In this document: in pieces, positions 1 through 7,131 of the stretch
How positions within the stretch are numbered: the first letter of the stretch is position 1
Layout of the letters: the number at the start of each line of letters is the position of its first letter
From: Armatimonadota bacterium
GTDB lineage: Bacteria > Sysuimicrobiota > Sysuimicrobiia > Sysuimicrobiales > Humicultoraceae
DNA length: 11,554 bases
Direction: 5' to 3'
Assembly (NCBI GenBank): GCA_052386995.1
Contig: JBQTJP010000315.1
Span: 1-11,554 of the forward strand
Notes under the pieces: generated by a model
Databases searched by the model: none
What the model was told of the DNA's origin: nothing
The model's input: only the letters and a program-made list of their open reading frames with translations
Translations under genes and position numbers: made by a program

Positions 1-2
1 CG

Positions 3-1355
3 GGACTGTTCCACATCTGTACCGGCTCGTATGATTTCAAGGCCGCGCACGTGGAGGTCGATGGGGTCTACACGAACAAGCCGCCGGGCGGCATCGCCTA
101 CCGCTGCTCGTTCCGCGTGACCGAGGCGGTGCACACGATCGAGCGAATGGCGGACCTCATGGCCCACCAGCTCGGGATCGACCCGGCCGAGTTTCGATTC
201 AAGAACTTTATCAAGCCCGAGCAGTTTCCGTACACGTCCGCGCTGGGATGGGAATACGACAGCGGAAACTATGGCGCCGCGCTCCGGAAAGCGATGGACA
301 AGATCGGCTACGCTGAGCTCAGGCGCGAGCAGGCCGAGAAGCGCAAGCGCGGCGAGTTGATGGGCATCGGGATCTCGAGCTTTACCGAGATTGTGGGCGC
401 CGGGCCGTCAAAGCATTTTGATATTCTTGGACTCAAGATGTTTGACTCGTGTGAGATTCGGATCCATCCGACGGGGAAAGCCATCGCCCGGTTCGGGACG
501 AAGTCACAGGGGCAAGGCCACGAGACCACGTACGCGCAGATCCTCGCCGAGGAGTTGGGCATCCCGGTGGCCGACATCCAGGTGGAGGAGGGCGATACCG
601 ACACCGCGCCGTACGGCCTCGGCACCTACGCCAGCCGGTCGACACCGGTGGCGGGCGCGGCCGCGGCGATGGCCGCGCGCAAGATCCGTGACAAAGGCCG
701 CAAGATCGCCGCGCACCTCCTGGAAGCCGCCGAGGACGACCTGGTGTGGGAGCCGGGGAAATTCTTCGTGAAGGGCGCGCCGAACCGCGCGAAGACGATC
801 CAGGACATCGCCTTTGCCGCCTACACGAATCATCCCCAGGGCATGGAGGCAGGGCTCGAGGCCGTCTCGTACTACGATCCGCCGAACCTCACCTACCCCT
901 TTGGGAGCTACATTTGCGTCGTAGACGTCGACAAAGGGACCGGAGAGGTCAAGGTCCGCCGCTTCGTGGCGGTGGACGACTGCGGTAACATCATCAACCC
1001 CATGATCGTGGAGGGACAGATCCACGGGGGACTCACGATGGGCCTGGCCCCGGCGCTCTTCGAAGAGATCTCGTATGACGAGAACGGCAACATCCGGGGC
1101 GGGAGCTTCATGGACTATCTGCTCCCGACGGCGGTCGAGACCCCCAAGTGGGAGACGGACAAGACCATCACGCCTTCGCCGCACCATCCGCTGGGGGCAA
1201 AGGGCGTCGGGGAGTCGGCCACCGTTGGCGCGCCGGCGGCGATCGCCAACGCCGTGGTCGACGCGCTCTGGCATCTAGGGGTGCGGCACATCGACATCCC
1301 CATCACCCCGGCAAAGGTCTGGAAGCTGCTTCGGGAGAAGGGCGTCACCGAGTGA
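3..1355 (+). CDS. coxL: Aerobic carbon monoxide dehydrogenase large subunit, form I (5'-truncated by the window edge)
   Basis: The frame is open from position 3 (GLFHICTGSYDFKAAHVEVDGVYTNK...). The form I active-site loop AYRCSFR is at 96..116. Molybdenum hydroxylase large-subunit motifs are present: SQGQGHETT, GLGTYASRS, DCGNIINPMIVEGQIHGG and AKGVGES. Cox accessory genes follow. Confidence 0.97.
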   Translation, partial: GLFHICTGSYDFKAAHVEVDGVYTNKPPGGIAYRCSFRVTEAVHTIERMADLMAHQLGIDPAEFRFKNFIKPEQFPYTSALGWEYDSGNYGAALRKAMDKIGYAELRREQAEKRKRGELMGIGISSFTEIVGAGPSKHFDILGLKMFDSCEIRIHPTGKAIARFGTKSQGQGHETTYAQILAEELGIPVADIQVEEGDTDTAPYGLGTYASRSTPVAGAAAAMAARKIRDKGRKIAAHLLEAAEDDLVWEPGKFFVKGAPNRAKTIQDIAFAAYTNHPQGMEAGLEAVSYYDPPNLTYPFGSYICVVDVDKGTGEVKVRRFVAVDDCGNIINPMIVEGQIHGGLTMGLAPALFEEISYDENGNIRGGSFMDYLLPTAVETPKWETDKTITPSPHHPLGAKGVGESATVGAPAAIANAVVDALWHLGVRHIDIPITPAKVWKLLREKGVTE

Positions 1356-1379
1356 GGCGCCCGCCCAGGGAGACGCTTC

Positions 1380-2330
1380 ATGGCCGATGAGCTCCTGGGG
1401 CTGGCGCACGCGCTCTCTCGTGAAGGCGAGCCATTTGCGCTTGCCACCGTGGTTCGCTGCGAGCGGCCCACGTCGGCCAAGCCGGGAGCCAAGGCCCTGA
1501 TTCGTCCGGACGGGACGGTGGTGGGATGGATCGGAGGAAGCTGCGCCGAGCCCGTGGTCGTCAAAGAGGCGCTCAAAGCGCTTCGTGACGGACAGCCGCG
1601 CCTGCTCGCCCTGGTGGGTGAGGGCGGAACGGGTCCTGGAAGACACGAGGGCATGCTCGAATACCCCATGACCTGCCACAGCGGGGGGACCATTGAGGTG
1701 TACATCGAGCCCGTCTTGCCCAAGCCCGAGCTTCTCCTCGTAGGCCGGGGGCCCGTCGTCGAGACGTTGATAAAGCTCGGCGAGGCCGTACACTTTACGG
1801 TCACCCACGTGCCATCCGAAGCCGGCGCCGCGAAAATCCCGCGGCTTCACGCCACTCCCCGAACCTACATCGTGGTGGCGACCCATGGAACCGCCGATGA
1901 AGACGTTCTGGAGCAGGCCCTGCGAAGCGACGCCGGCTATGTGTGTCTGGTGTCGAGCCGCAGGCGAGCGGACGCGGTCGTGGAGACGCTGCGAGCCCAA
2001 GGCGTATCCGTGGAACGCCTCCGCCGGCTGAAAGCTCCGGCAGGACTCGATATCGGCGCGGTCGACCCTGAGGAGATCGCGGTGAGCATCCTGGCGGAGA
2101 TTATCCAGGTGTCGCGGAGGCAGCAGGAGGGATGGGCCGCAGCAGAAGCGGTCCCGGCCGCCTCGGAAGAGGCCGAGGCCAGGGATCCGGTCTGTGGGAT
2201 GTCCGTGGAGATCGCGTCAGCCGTCTACCACTCCGAGGCATCAGACAGGCACTTCTACTTCTGCTGCGCTCACTGCAAGCAGATGTTCGACCAGAATCCC
2301 TCCCGGTTCGTCGAAACGGCCGCCGGCTAG
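1380..2330 (+). CDS. XdhC/CoxF/CoxI-family Moco chaperone with C-terminal YHS (TRASH) domain
   Basis: GGGAG RBS at 1368..1372. XdhC N-terminal motifs FALATVV..PTSAKPGAKA..GWIGGSC and MTCHSGGTIEVYIEP. Rossmann-like half with VVATHG and APAGLDIGAVDPEEIAVSILAEI. C-terminal DPVCGM...FYFCCAHCKQMFDQNP from 2184. Confidence 0.92.
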   Translation: MADELLGLAHALSREGEPFALATVVRCERPTSAKPGAKALIRPDGTVVGWIGGSCAEPVVVKEALKALRDGQPRLLALVGEGGTGPGRHEGMLEYPMTCHSGGTIEVYIEPVLPKPELLLVGRGPVVETLIKLGEAVHFTVTHVPSEAGAAKIPRLHATPRTYIVVATHGTADEDVLEQALRSDAGYVCLVSSRRRADAVVETLRAQGVSVERLRRLKAPAGLDIGAVDPEEIAVSILAEIIQVSRRQQEGWAAAEAVPAASEEAEARDPVCGMSVEIASAVYHSEASDRHFYFCCAHCKQMFDQNPSRFVETAAG

Positions 2331-2336
2331 GCGCCG

Positions 2337-2365
2337 TGGACTTACACTGTCGCAACGCGTAAGAT
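2337..2365 (+). promoter_or_regulatory. Candidate sigma70-type internal promoter upstream of coxD
   Basis: TGGACT (2337..2342, 4/6 to TTGACA), a 17-bp spacer and TAAGAT (2360..2365, 4/6 to TATAAT with TA---T retained), lying in the largest intergenic gap of the cluster. Confidence 0.4.
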
Positions 2366-2383
2366 AGAGCAGAGCAGTGACGA

Positions 2384-2408
2384 GAGGGGATGGCTCAGCC
2401 ATCCCTTC
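2384..2408. repeat. Inverted repeat / hairpin in the coxD leader
   Basis: Perfect palindrome GGGATGGCT-C-AGCCATCCC (2387..2405). As RNA it is an 8-bp Watson-Crick stem with a UCA loop, extendable by G-U, A-U and G-C pairs to 2384..2408. No long U-tract follows. Confidence 0.8.
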
Positions 2409-2441
2409 GTACTTACAGTGCCATCAGTGGAGTTTCAATCA

Positions 2442-4862
2442 ATGCACCCGGAAATCACGCGCATTCAAAATCTGCTCGCCGGTCAGGGGTATGTCGCCGA
2501 CCGGACGATCGCCACCAGCGTGTACCTCTCCATCGCCCTGCGCAAACCGCTGCTGATCGAGGGCGCGGCGGGCGTGGGGAAGACCGAAGTGGCAAAGGTG
2601 ATGGCCCGGGCACTGCCGACCGAGCTGATCCGGCTGCAATGCTACGAAGGTCTGGATGCCACCACCGCGCTCTACGAGTGGAACTACCAGAAGCAGTTGC
2701 TCCACATCCGGCTGTCCGAGGGCGGGAAGCAGTCTGTCGCCGAGCGCGAAGCCGAGATCTTCAGCGACGCGTTCTTGCTGAAGAGGCCGCTCCTGGACGC
2801 TATCACGCGCGACCGCTCCCCTGTTCTTCTCATCGACGAGATCGACCGGTGTGTGCCACTTGATACGTTGGTGGCCACCGCGAAGGGGTATCGATATGCC
2901 GCATCCATTCAACCCGGCGATGAGGTGCTGAGTTTCAACCCGCAAACGTTCTTACCTGGTAGAAGCACGGTTCGACGCGCCGTCAGGAGGAAGAGTGAAG
3001 AGGTTCTCCGAGTCTTTGTCTCGGGACGAGTGATCGAAGCTACTCCGGAACACAGGTTCGTACGATTCACCGACGGCGGGTATGAGCTTGTGAGAGCAGA
3101 TGCTCTTAAGCCTGGAGATCATCTGCCGATACAGCGCATCGTCCCCGCCGTCGAAGTCGAACCCACGTTTGAACTGTCTGACGCGATCCTGACGATTGCT
3201 GAAGAAGGCCGGCGCATTCTTCATGCCGGCTACAAGCGGTCTGGTAAGACGTACGACGACCTGAGCAGCCGCATTGGAATCTCGAGGAACCACCTGCGCA
3301 ATGTGCTTCAGCCTCGCCCATTCCGAAGGTCGCTTCGTGCTGGTGTTCTCTCCGCCCTCTGTCGTGCACTTGACGTGGACGCGACAGGATTCGCAGCCCG
3401 GTACGTTCGTGGTATCAGGGGGCCGATTCAATGCGTTGCGTTCTACGAGTTGCTTGGCTATGTGGTGGCGGATGGGTGTTTTGCGAGGGACCACCTCTCC
3501 ATTGTCGACAAGGACCTCGAGAATCTTCGTATCTATTCAGGAAAATTCGCGGACGCGTTTGGAGAGACTCCCAGCGTCGTGCCCGGTGCGCATCGAAACT
3601 TCGAGTTGAAAGCGTGGTCGCTTCCTCTCGGGCGCTTCCTCAACGAGATTCTAGAGCACGGCCTCGCTAGGAGCCGGAAACGTCTGGTGCCGGAATTCGT
3701 GTTTACGTTGCCCGCAGAGAAGCGTGCGGCGTTCGTGCGCGGATACTTCGACGGGGAAGGATGGGTCGGGGACCATCAGGTCTGCGCTACTTCGGCATCA
3801 CTGCCACTACTGCGCGGAATTCAAGTCTTGCTGGCATCGCTGGCCATTGAGGGTCATATTCACACCGTTCGGCCAGGCGCGGGTACGTTCGGGCATGAAT
3901 TCTACTCTCTTACCATCTCAGATGTGCATGCTTTCGGACAGGCAGTGGGTTTTTGCGCCCCGGCCAAATCTGCGAAACTCTCTACCGTCAACGGGGCAAG
4001 TTTCGAGAAGACCGTGTTTCTCCCGAAACGGCTTGTCGCCCCACTCCTTCAAGAGGTCAAAGCGCGCGGTGTCGTCCACACTATCCCGCACCATCAGACC
4101 ATTTACGACGTTCTCTCGGGGCGCATTAAGGCCAACCCGGCCTCCCTGCGGCGGATCCTGTCGTCGTTCGACTCGCCGACCCTGGCCACTCTCCTCGACG
4201 GAAAGGTCGTTTTGGGGACGGTCAAACGAGTGGAGAGAATCGTACGGGCTGAAACCGTCGTGGACTTGGTGCTGAGTGGGCAGCCGTACTTTGTTGCCAA
4301 CCAGGTCATCACACACAATTGCGATCCGGAGTTTGAGGCGTTCCTCCTGGAGGTGCTCTCTGACTTCCAGGTCTCGATTCCCGAGATCGGGACCATCAGT
4401 GCGAAAACCACGCCATACGTGGTGCTGACGAGCAACCGCACGCGCGAGCTCGGGGACGCGCTGCGCCGCCGGTGCCTGTACCTCTGGATCGACTATCCGA
4501 CGTTCGAAAAGGAACTGGAGATCGTGCATCGCAAGGTCCCGGAGGTCAACGGCCGGCTGGCCGAGCAGATCAGTGCCTTTATGCAGATGGTCCGGCGCCT
4601 GCGGCTGGAGAAGACGCCGGGTGTCGCCGAGACCCTCGACTGGAGCGCGGCGCTTATGGCGCTGCACCGGGATCATCTCGACCGCGAAGCCGTCGAGCAG
4701 ACGCTCGGCGTGCTGTTCAAGCACCATGACGATGCCGCGGCGGTTCGCGGGCAGTGGATCGATCAGCTCCTCGACGGTGTCGCGGCGCTGGAGCGGGAAG
4801 GACGGCCATGGAGTCAGGACGTCGTGGCGCGGGCCGCCGAGCGCCTGCAGCCCCGGCGGTAG
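2442..4862 (+). CDS. coxD: CoxD MoxR-family AAA+ ATPase, intein-containing precursor (806 aa; 316 aa after splicing)
   Basis: ATG 2442 has GGAG at 2429..2432 and is preferred over GTG 2418. Walker A GAAGVGKT (2562..2585), CoxD-type RLQCYEGLD..ALYEWNY..Q, Walker B VLLIDEIDR. After the insert: EFEAFLLEVLSDFQVSIPEIG, TSNRTRELGDALRRRC and PGVAETLDW. Lies directly upstream of the VWA gene. Confidence 0.95.
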   Translation: MHPEITRIQNLLAGQGYVADRTIATSVYLSIALRKPLLIEGAAGVGKTEVAKVMARALPTELIRLQCYEGLDATTALYEWNYQKQLLHIRLSEGGKQSVAEREAEIFSDAFLLKRPLLDAITRDRSPVLLIDEIDRCVPLDTLVATAKGYRYAASIQPGDEVLSFNPQTFLPGRSTVRRAVRRKSEEVLRVFVSGRVIEATPEHRFVRFTDGGYELVRADALKPGDHLPIQRIVPAVEVEPTFELSDAILTIAEEGRRILHAGYKRSGKTYDDLSSRIGISRNHLRNVLQPRPFRRSLRAGVLSALCRALDVDATGFAARYVRGIRGPIQCVAFYELLGYVVADGCFARDHLSIVDKDLENLRIYSGKFADAFGETPSVVPGAHRNFELKAWSLPLGRFLNEILEHGLARSRKRLVPEFVFTLPAEKRAAFVRGYFDGEGWVGDHQVCATSASLPLLRGIQVLLASLAIEGHIHTVRPGAGTFGHEFYSLTISDVHAFGQAVGFCAPAKSAKLSTVNGASFEKTVFLPKRLVAPLLQEVKARGVVHTIPHHQTIYDVLSGRIKANPASLRRILSSFDSPTLATLLDGKVVLGTVKRVERIVRAETVVDLVLSGQPYFVANQVITHNCDPEFEAFLLEVLSDFQVSIPEIGTISAKTTPYVVLTSNRTRELGDALRRRCLYLWIDYPTFEKELEIVHRKVPEVNGRLAEQISAFMQMVRRLRLEKTPGVAETLDWSAALMALHRDHLDREAVEQTLGVLFKHHDDAAAVRGQWIDQLLDGVAALEREGRPWSQDVVARAAERLQPRR
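2850..4319 (+). mobile_element. Class 1 intein (490 aa) with LAGLIDADG homing endonuclease, in frame in coxD
   Basis: Block A CVPLDTLVATAKG starts at TGT 2850. Block B is IEATPEHRF (TxxH). LAGLIDADG motifs are LLGYVVADG (3450..3476) and FVRGYFDGEG (3732..3761). Block H-like LLRGIQVLLASLAI. Blocks F/G VVDLVLSGQPYFVANQVITHN end at 4319, and the +1 residue is Cys (TGC 4320). The flanks rejoin as DEIDR-CDPEFEAFLLE. Confidence 0.96.
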
Positions 4863-5995
4863 AACGCGCGCAGCACGGCAGCCTCGTCGCCAACGTCGTG
4901 GGCTTCTGCCGGCTCCTGCGCCGGCGAGGGCTGCCCATCGGCCCGCCGGAAGCGGCGGATGCGCTGCGGGCCCTGTCGGCCGTGGATCTCACGGACCGGA
5001 CCGAGACCTACCTGGCGCTCCGTGCCATACTCGCCTCGGGTCAGGACGCGCTGCGCATCTTCGACGCGGCGTTCTGGGAGTTCTGGGCCGCGCAGCAGCG
5101 CGAGCGCCAGGCTGAGGCGCCCGGGGTAGAGGGCACGCTCGGTCTTGACGCCCAGCGCGCGCTCGACCGCGTGCTCCTGGAATGGCAGGGCGACGAGGAC
5201 AGCGGCGGAGAGGGCGAGCGGGTTCCCGCCTACAGTCCCATCGAAGCCCTCACACGCAAAGACTTCAGCGCGTTTACTGCCGATGAGCTCAACGAGATCG
5301 CCGCGGTCGTGGTCGCGATTGCCCGGCGCGTGGCCACGCGGCTGTCCCGGCGCACCCGCGGCGCCCGGCGCGGGCACCTGGTGGATCTCCGCCGCACGAT
5401 GCGGCACAGTCTGCGGCGCGGCGGGGAGATCGTCGAGATTCTGCGTCGCGAGCGCAAGTTGCAGAAAACGCGTGTGGTCCTCCTCTGTGACGTCAGCGGC
5501 TCGATGGATCTGTACAGCCGCTTCCTGATTCAGTTCGTCTATGCTCTCCAGCACGCCGTCGCCCGCGTGGAGACCTTCGTCTTCAGCACGGGGTTGAGCC
5601 GCATCACCGGGTCGCTGGAGCACGAAGATCTGCGCGCCGCCCTCGACGAGATCGCGCGGCGCGTACCGGACTGGTCCGGGGGAACGAAGATCGGCCGCAG
5701 CCTCCAGCGCTTTCTGGCCGAATACGGTGCACAAACGCTGGACAATCGGACGGTGGTGATCATCGTCAGCGATGGGTGGGATACCGGAGAAGTCGACATG
5801 CTGGAGGCCGCGATGGCCGAGCTGCGGCGCCGTTCTGCCCGCGTCATCTGGCTGAACCCCCTGCTGGCGAGCCCCGGGTACGAGCCGATCTGTCAGGGAA
5901 TGCGCGTCGCGCTGCCGTACGTGGACGTGTTCGCACCGGCCCACAACCTGGAGAGCCTGCGCCGGCTCGAGCGGTATCTGGCGCAGCGGACATGA
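4808..5995 (+). CDS. coxE: CoxE VWA-domain protein (395 aa)
   Basis: MIDAS motif LCDVSGSM plus VETFVFST, WSGGTKIG, IIVSDGWDTG, VIWLNPL and HNLESL. CoxE-like N-terminus VVGFCRLLRRRGLPIGP. ATG 4808 has a purine-rich GGAAGGA upstream; the start is uncertain (alternative 4754). Confidence 0.92.
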   Translation: MESGRRGAGRRAPAAPAVERAQHGSLVANVVGFCRLLRRRGLPIGPPEAADALRALSAVDLTDRTETYLALRAILASGQDALRIFDAAFWEFWAAQQRERQAEAPGVEGTLGLDAQRALDRVLLEWQGDEDSGGEGERVPAYSPIEALTRKDFSAFTADELNEIAAVVVAIARRVATRLSRRTRGARRGHLVDLRRTMRHSLRRGGEIVEILRRERKLQKTRVVLLCDVSGSMDLYSRFLIQFVYALQHAVARVETFVFSTGLSRITGSLEHEDLRAALDEIARRVPDWSGGTKIGRSLQRFLAEYGAQTLDNRTVVIIVSDGWDTGEVDMLEAAMAELRRRSARVIWLNPLLASPGYEPICQGMRVALPYVDVFAPAHNLESLRRLERYLAQRT

Positions 5996-7131
5996 AGGAG
6001 CTCGCCGAGATTCTGGCTGCTGTGGCCAGTGCCGACGCCCGCGGCGAGCCCACCGCGTTGGCCACGATCATCGGCGTCCGCGGCTCCACGTACCGGCGTC
6101 CGGGCGCACGCCTGCTCATCACGCAATCGGGCGGGCAAACCGGCAACATCAGCGGGGGGTGCCTCGAGGGAGATGTCGCGGTCGTCGCGGAGGAAGTGCT
6201 GCAGACCCGCACGCCGCGACTCATGCTGTACGATCTCACCGCCGACGACGACGCGGTCTGGGGCCTGGGCCTGGGATGCAACGGCGCGATCGAGGTCTTC
6301 ATCGAGCCGATCGCGGCGGACGATTCCCTGTGGCGTGCCGCGAAGGACGCGCAAGAGAGCGATGAGACGATCGTCGTGGCCACGGTGGTGGAAGGGACCG
6401 CATCGATCCCGGCCGGACGACGGATCGTCATTGGGCCGGGCGGGCGGCGCGGCATGCTCGGCGACCGGCCGGTCGAGGCCCACGTCGAGCGCCTGGCCAG
6501 GGCGGCCTCGGTCCATCGTCGCTCGGGCACGCACTCGGTGAGCACCGCGAGCGGACAACTCCGCCTCTTTGTCGAGGTGCTCCATCCCCCGGCGCGACTG
6601 GTTGTCTGCGGCGCCGGGCACGACGCGATTCCGGTCGTCGGCTTCGCTTCGCAGCTGGGGTGGCGCGTCGTCGTGGTGGATCGTCGGGAAGCGTTCTTGA
6701 ACCGGGAACGTTTCCCCGGCGCGACAGGGTTCGTGCGGACCGAATTCCCGGACGCCGGCAGGACGGCGCCGACCGACGTCCACACCTACGTGCTGATCAT
6801 GACCCACAACTATATCCACGATCGCGACCTGCTGCGCGCCTTTCTGCCGACGCCCGCCGCGTATCTTGGCATGTTGGGGCCGCGGGCGCGAACCGAAAAA
6901 ATCCTGCGCGAGCTCGAAGCAGACGGGGTCAGAATCGGTTCCCGGCGCCGCGCCCAGATCTTCGGGCCCGTGGGCCTCGACATCGGCAGCGAAACGCCCG
7001 ACGAGATCGCCCTCGCCGCCCTGGGCGAGATCCTGGCCGTGGCCCGGGGACGCGAGGGCGGGTTCCTCCGCGAACGCGGCGCGCCCATTCACACGTCCGC
7101 GCAGGAGGCCACGCCGGCGCGGGAGGCATGA
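5992..7131 (+). CDS. XdhC/CoxI-family xanthine dehydrogenase/CODH accessory protein (379 aa)
   Basis: ATG 5992 overlaps the coxE stop as ATGA. Motifs ALATIIGVRGSTYRRPGARL, GNISGGCLEGDV, GLGLGCNGAIEVFIEP, VCGAGHDA, IMTHNY..D, YLGMLGP and GPVGLDIGSETPDEIALA. Confidence 0.93.
   Translation: MKELAEILAAVASADARGEPTALATIIGVRGSTYRRPGARLLITQSGGQTGNISGGCLEGDVAVVAEEVLQTRTPRLMLYDLTADDDAVWGLGLGCNGAIEVFIEPIAADDSLWRAAKDAQESDETIVVATVVEGTASIPAGRRIVIGPGGRRGMLGDRPVEAHVERLARAASVHRRSGTHSVSTASGQLRLFVEVLHPPARLVVCGAGHDAIPVVGFASQLGWRVVVVDRREAFLNRERFPGATGFVRTEFPDAGRTAPTDVHTYVLIMTHNYIHDRDLLRAFLPTPAAYLGMLGPRARTEKILRELEADGVRIGSRRRAQIFGPVGLDIGSETPDEIALAALGEILAVARGREGGFLRERGAPIHTSAQEATPAREA

Noticed and set aside
3..1355. 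Xanthine dehydrogenase or form II CoxL-like enzyme
   Set aside because: The motif is AYRCSFR with the Cu-ligating Cys, not AYRGAGR, and coxD and coxE are adjacent.
2384..2414. Rho-independent terminator
   Set aside because: The stem is strong but is followed by GTACTT rather than a U-tract, so it is reported only as an inverted repeat.
2331..2441. Moco riboswitch, tRNA or CRISPR repeat in the intergenic region
   Set aside because: I could not recognise the multi-stem Moco RNA consensus, a cloverleaf or repeated units. An Rfam cmscan would be decisive.
2952..4275. Independent genes or an IS/group I intron inside the coxD insert (ORFs 2952..3494 -, 3274..3609 +, 3724..4275 +)
   Set aside because: The insert is fully explained as an in-frame intein. 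No transposase motifs, terminal inverted repeats or target duplication were seen.
5776..5991. N-terminal extension of the second XdhC ORF in the ORF track (likewise 6660..7127 for mocA and 7745..7789 for the peptidase)
   Set aside because: Family similarity begins at the downstream ATGs (5992, 7128, 7790), which have ATGA coupling or an RBS. The first two extensions overlap upstream genes.
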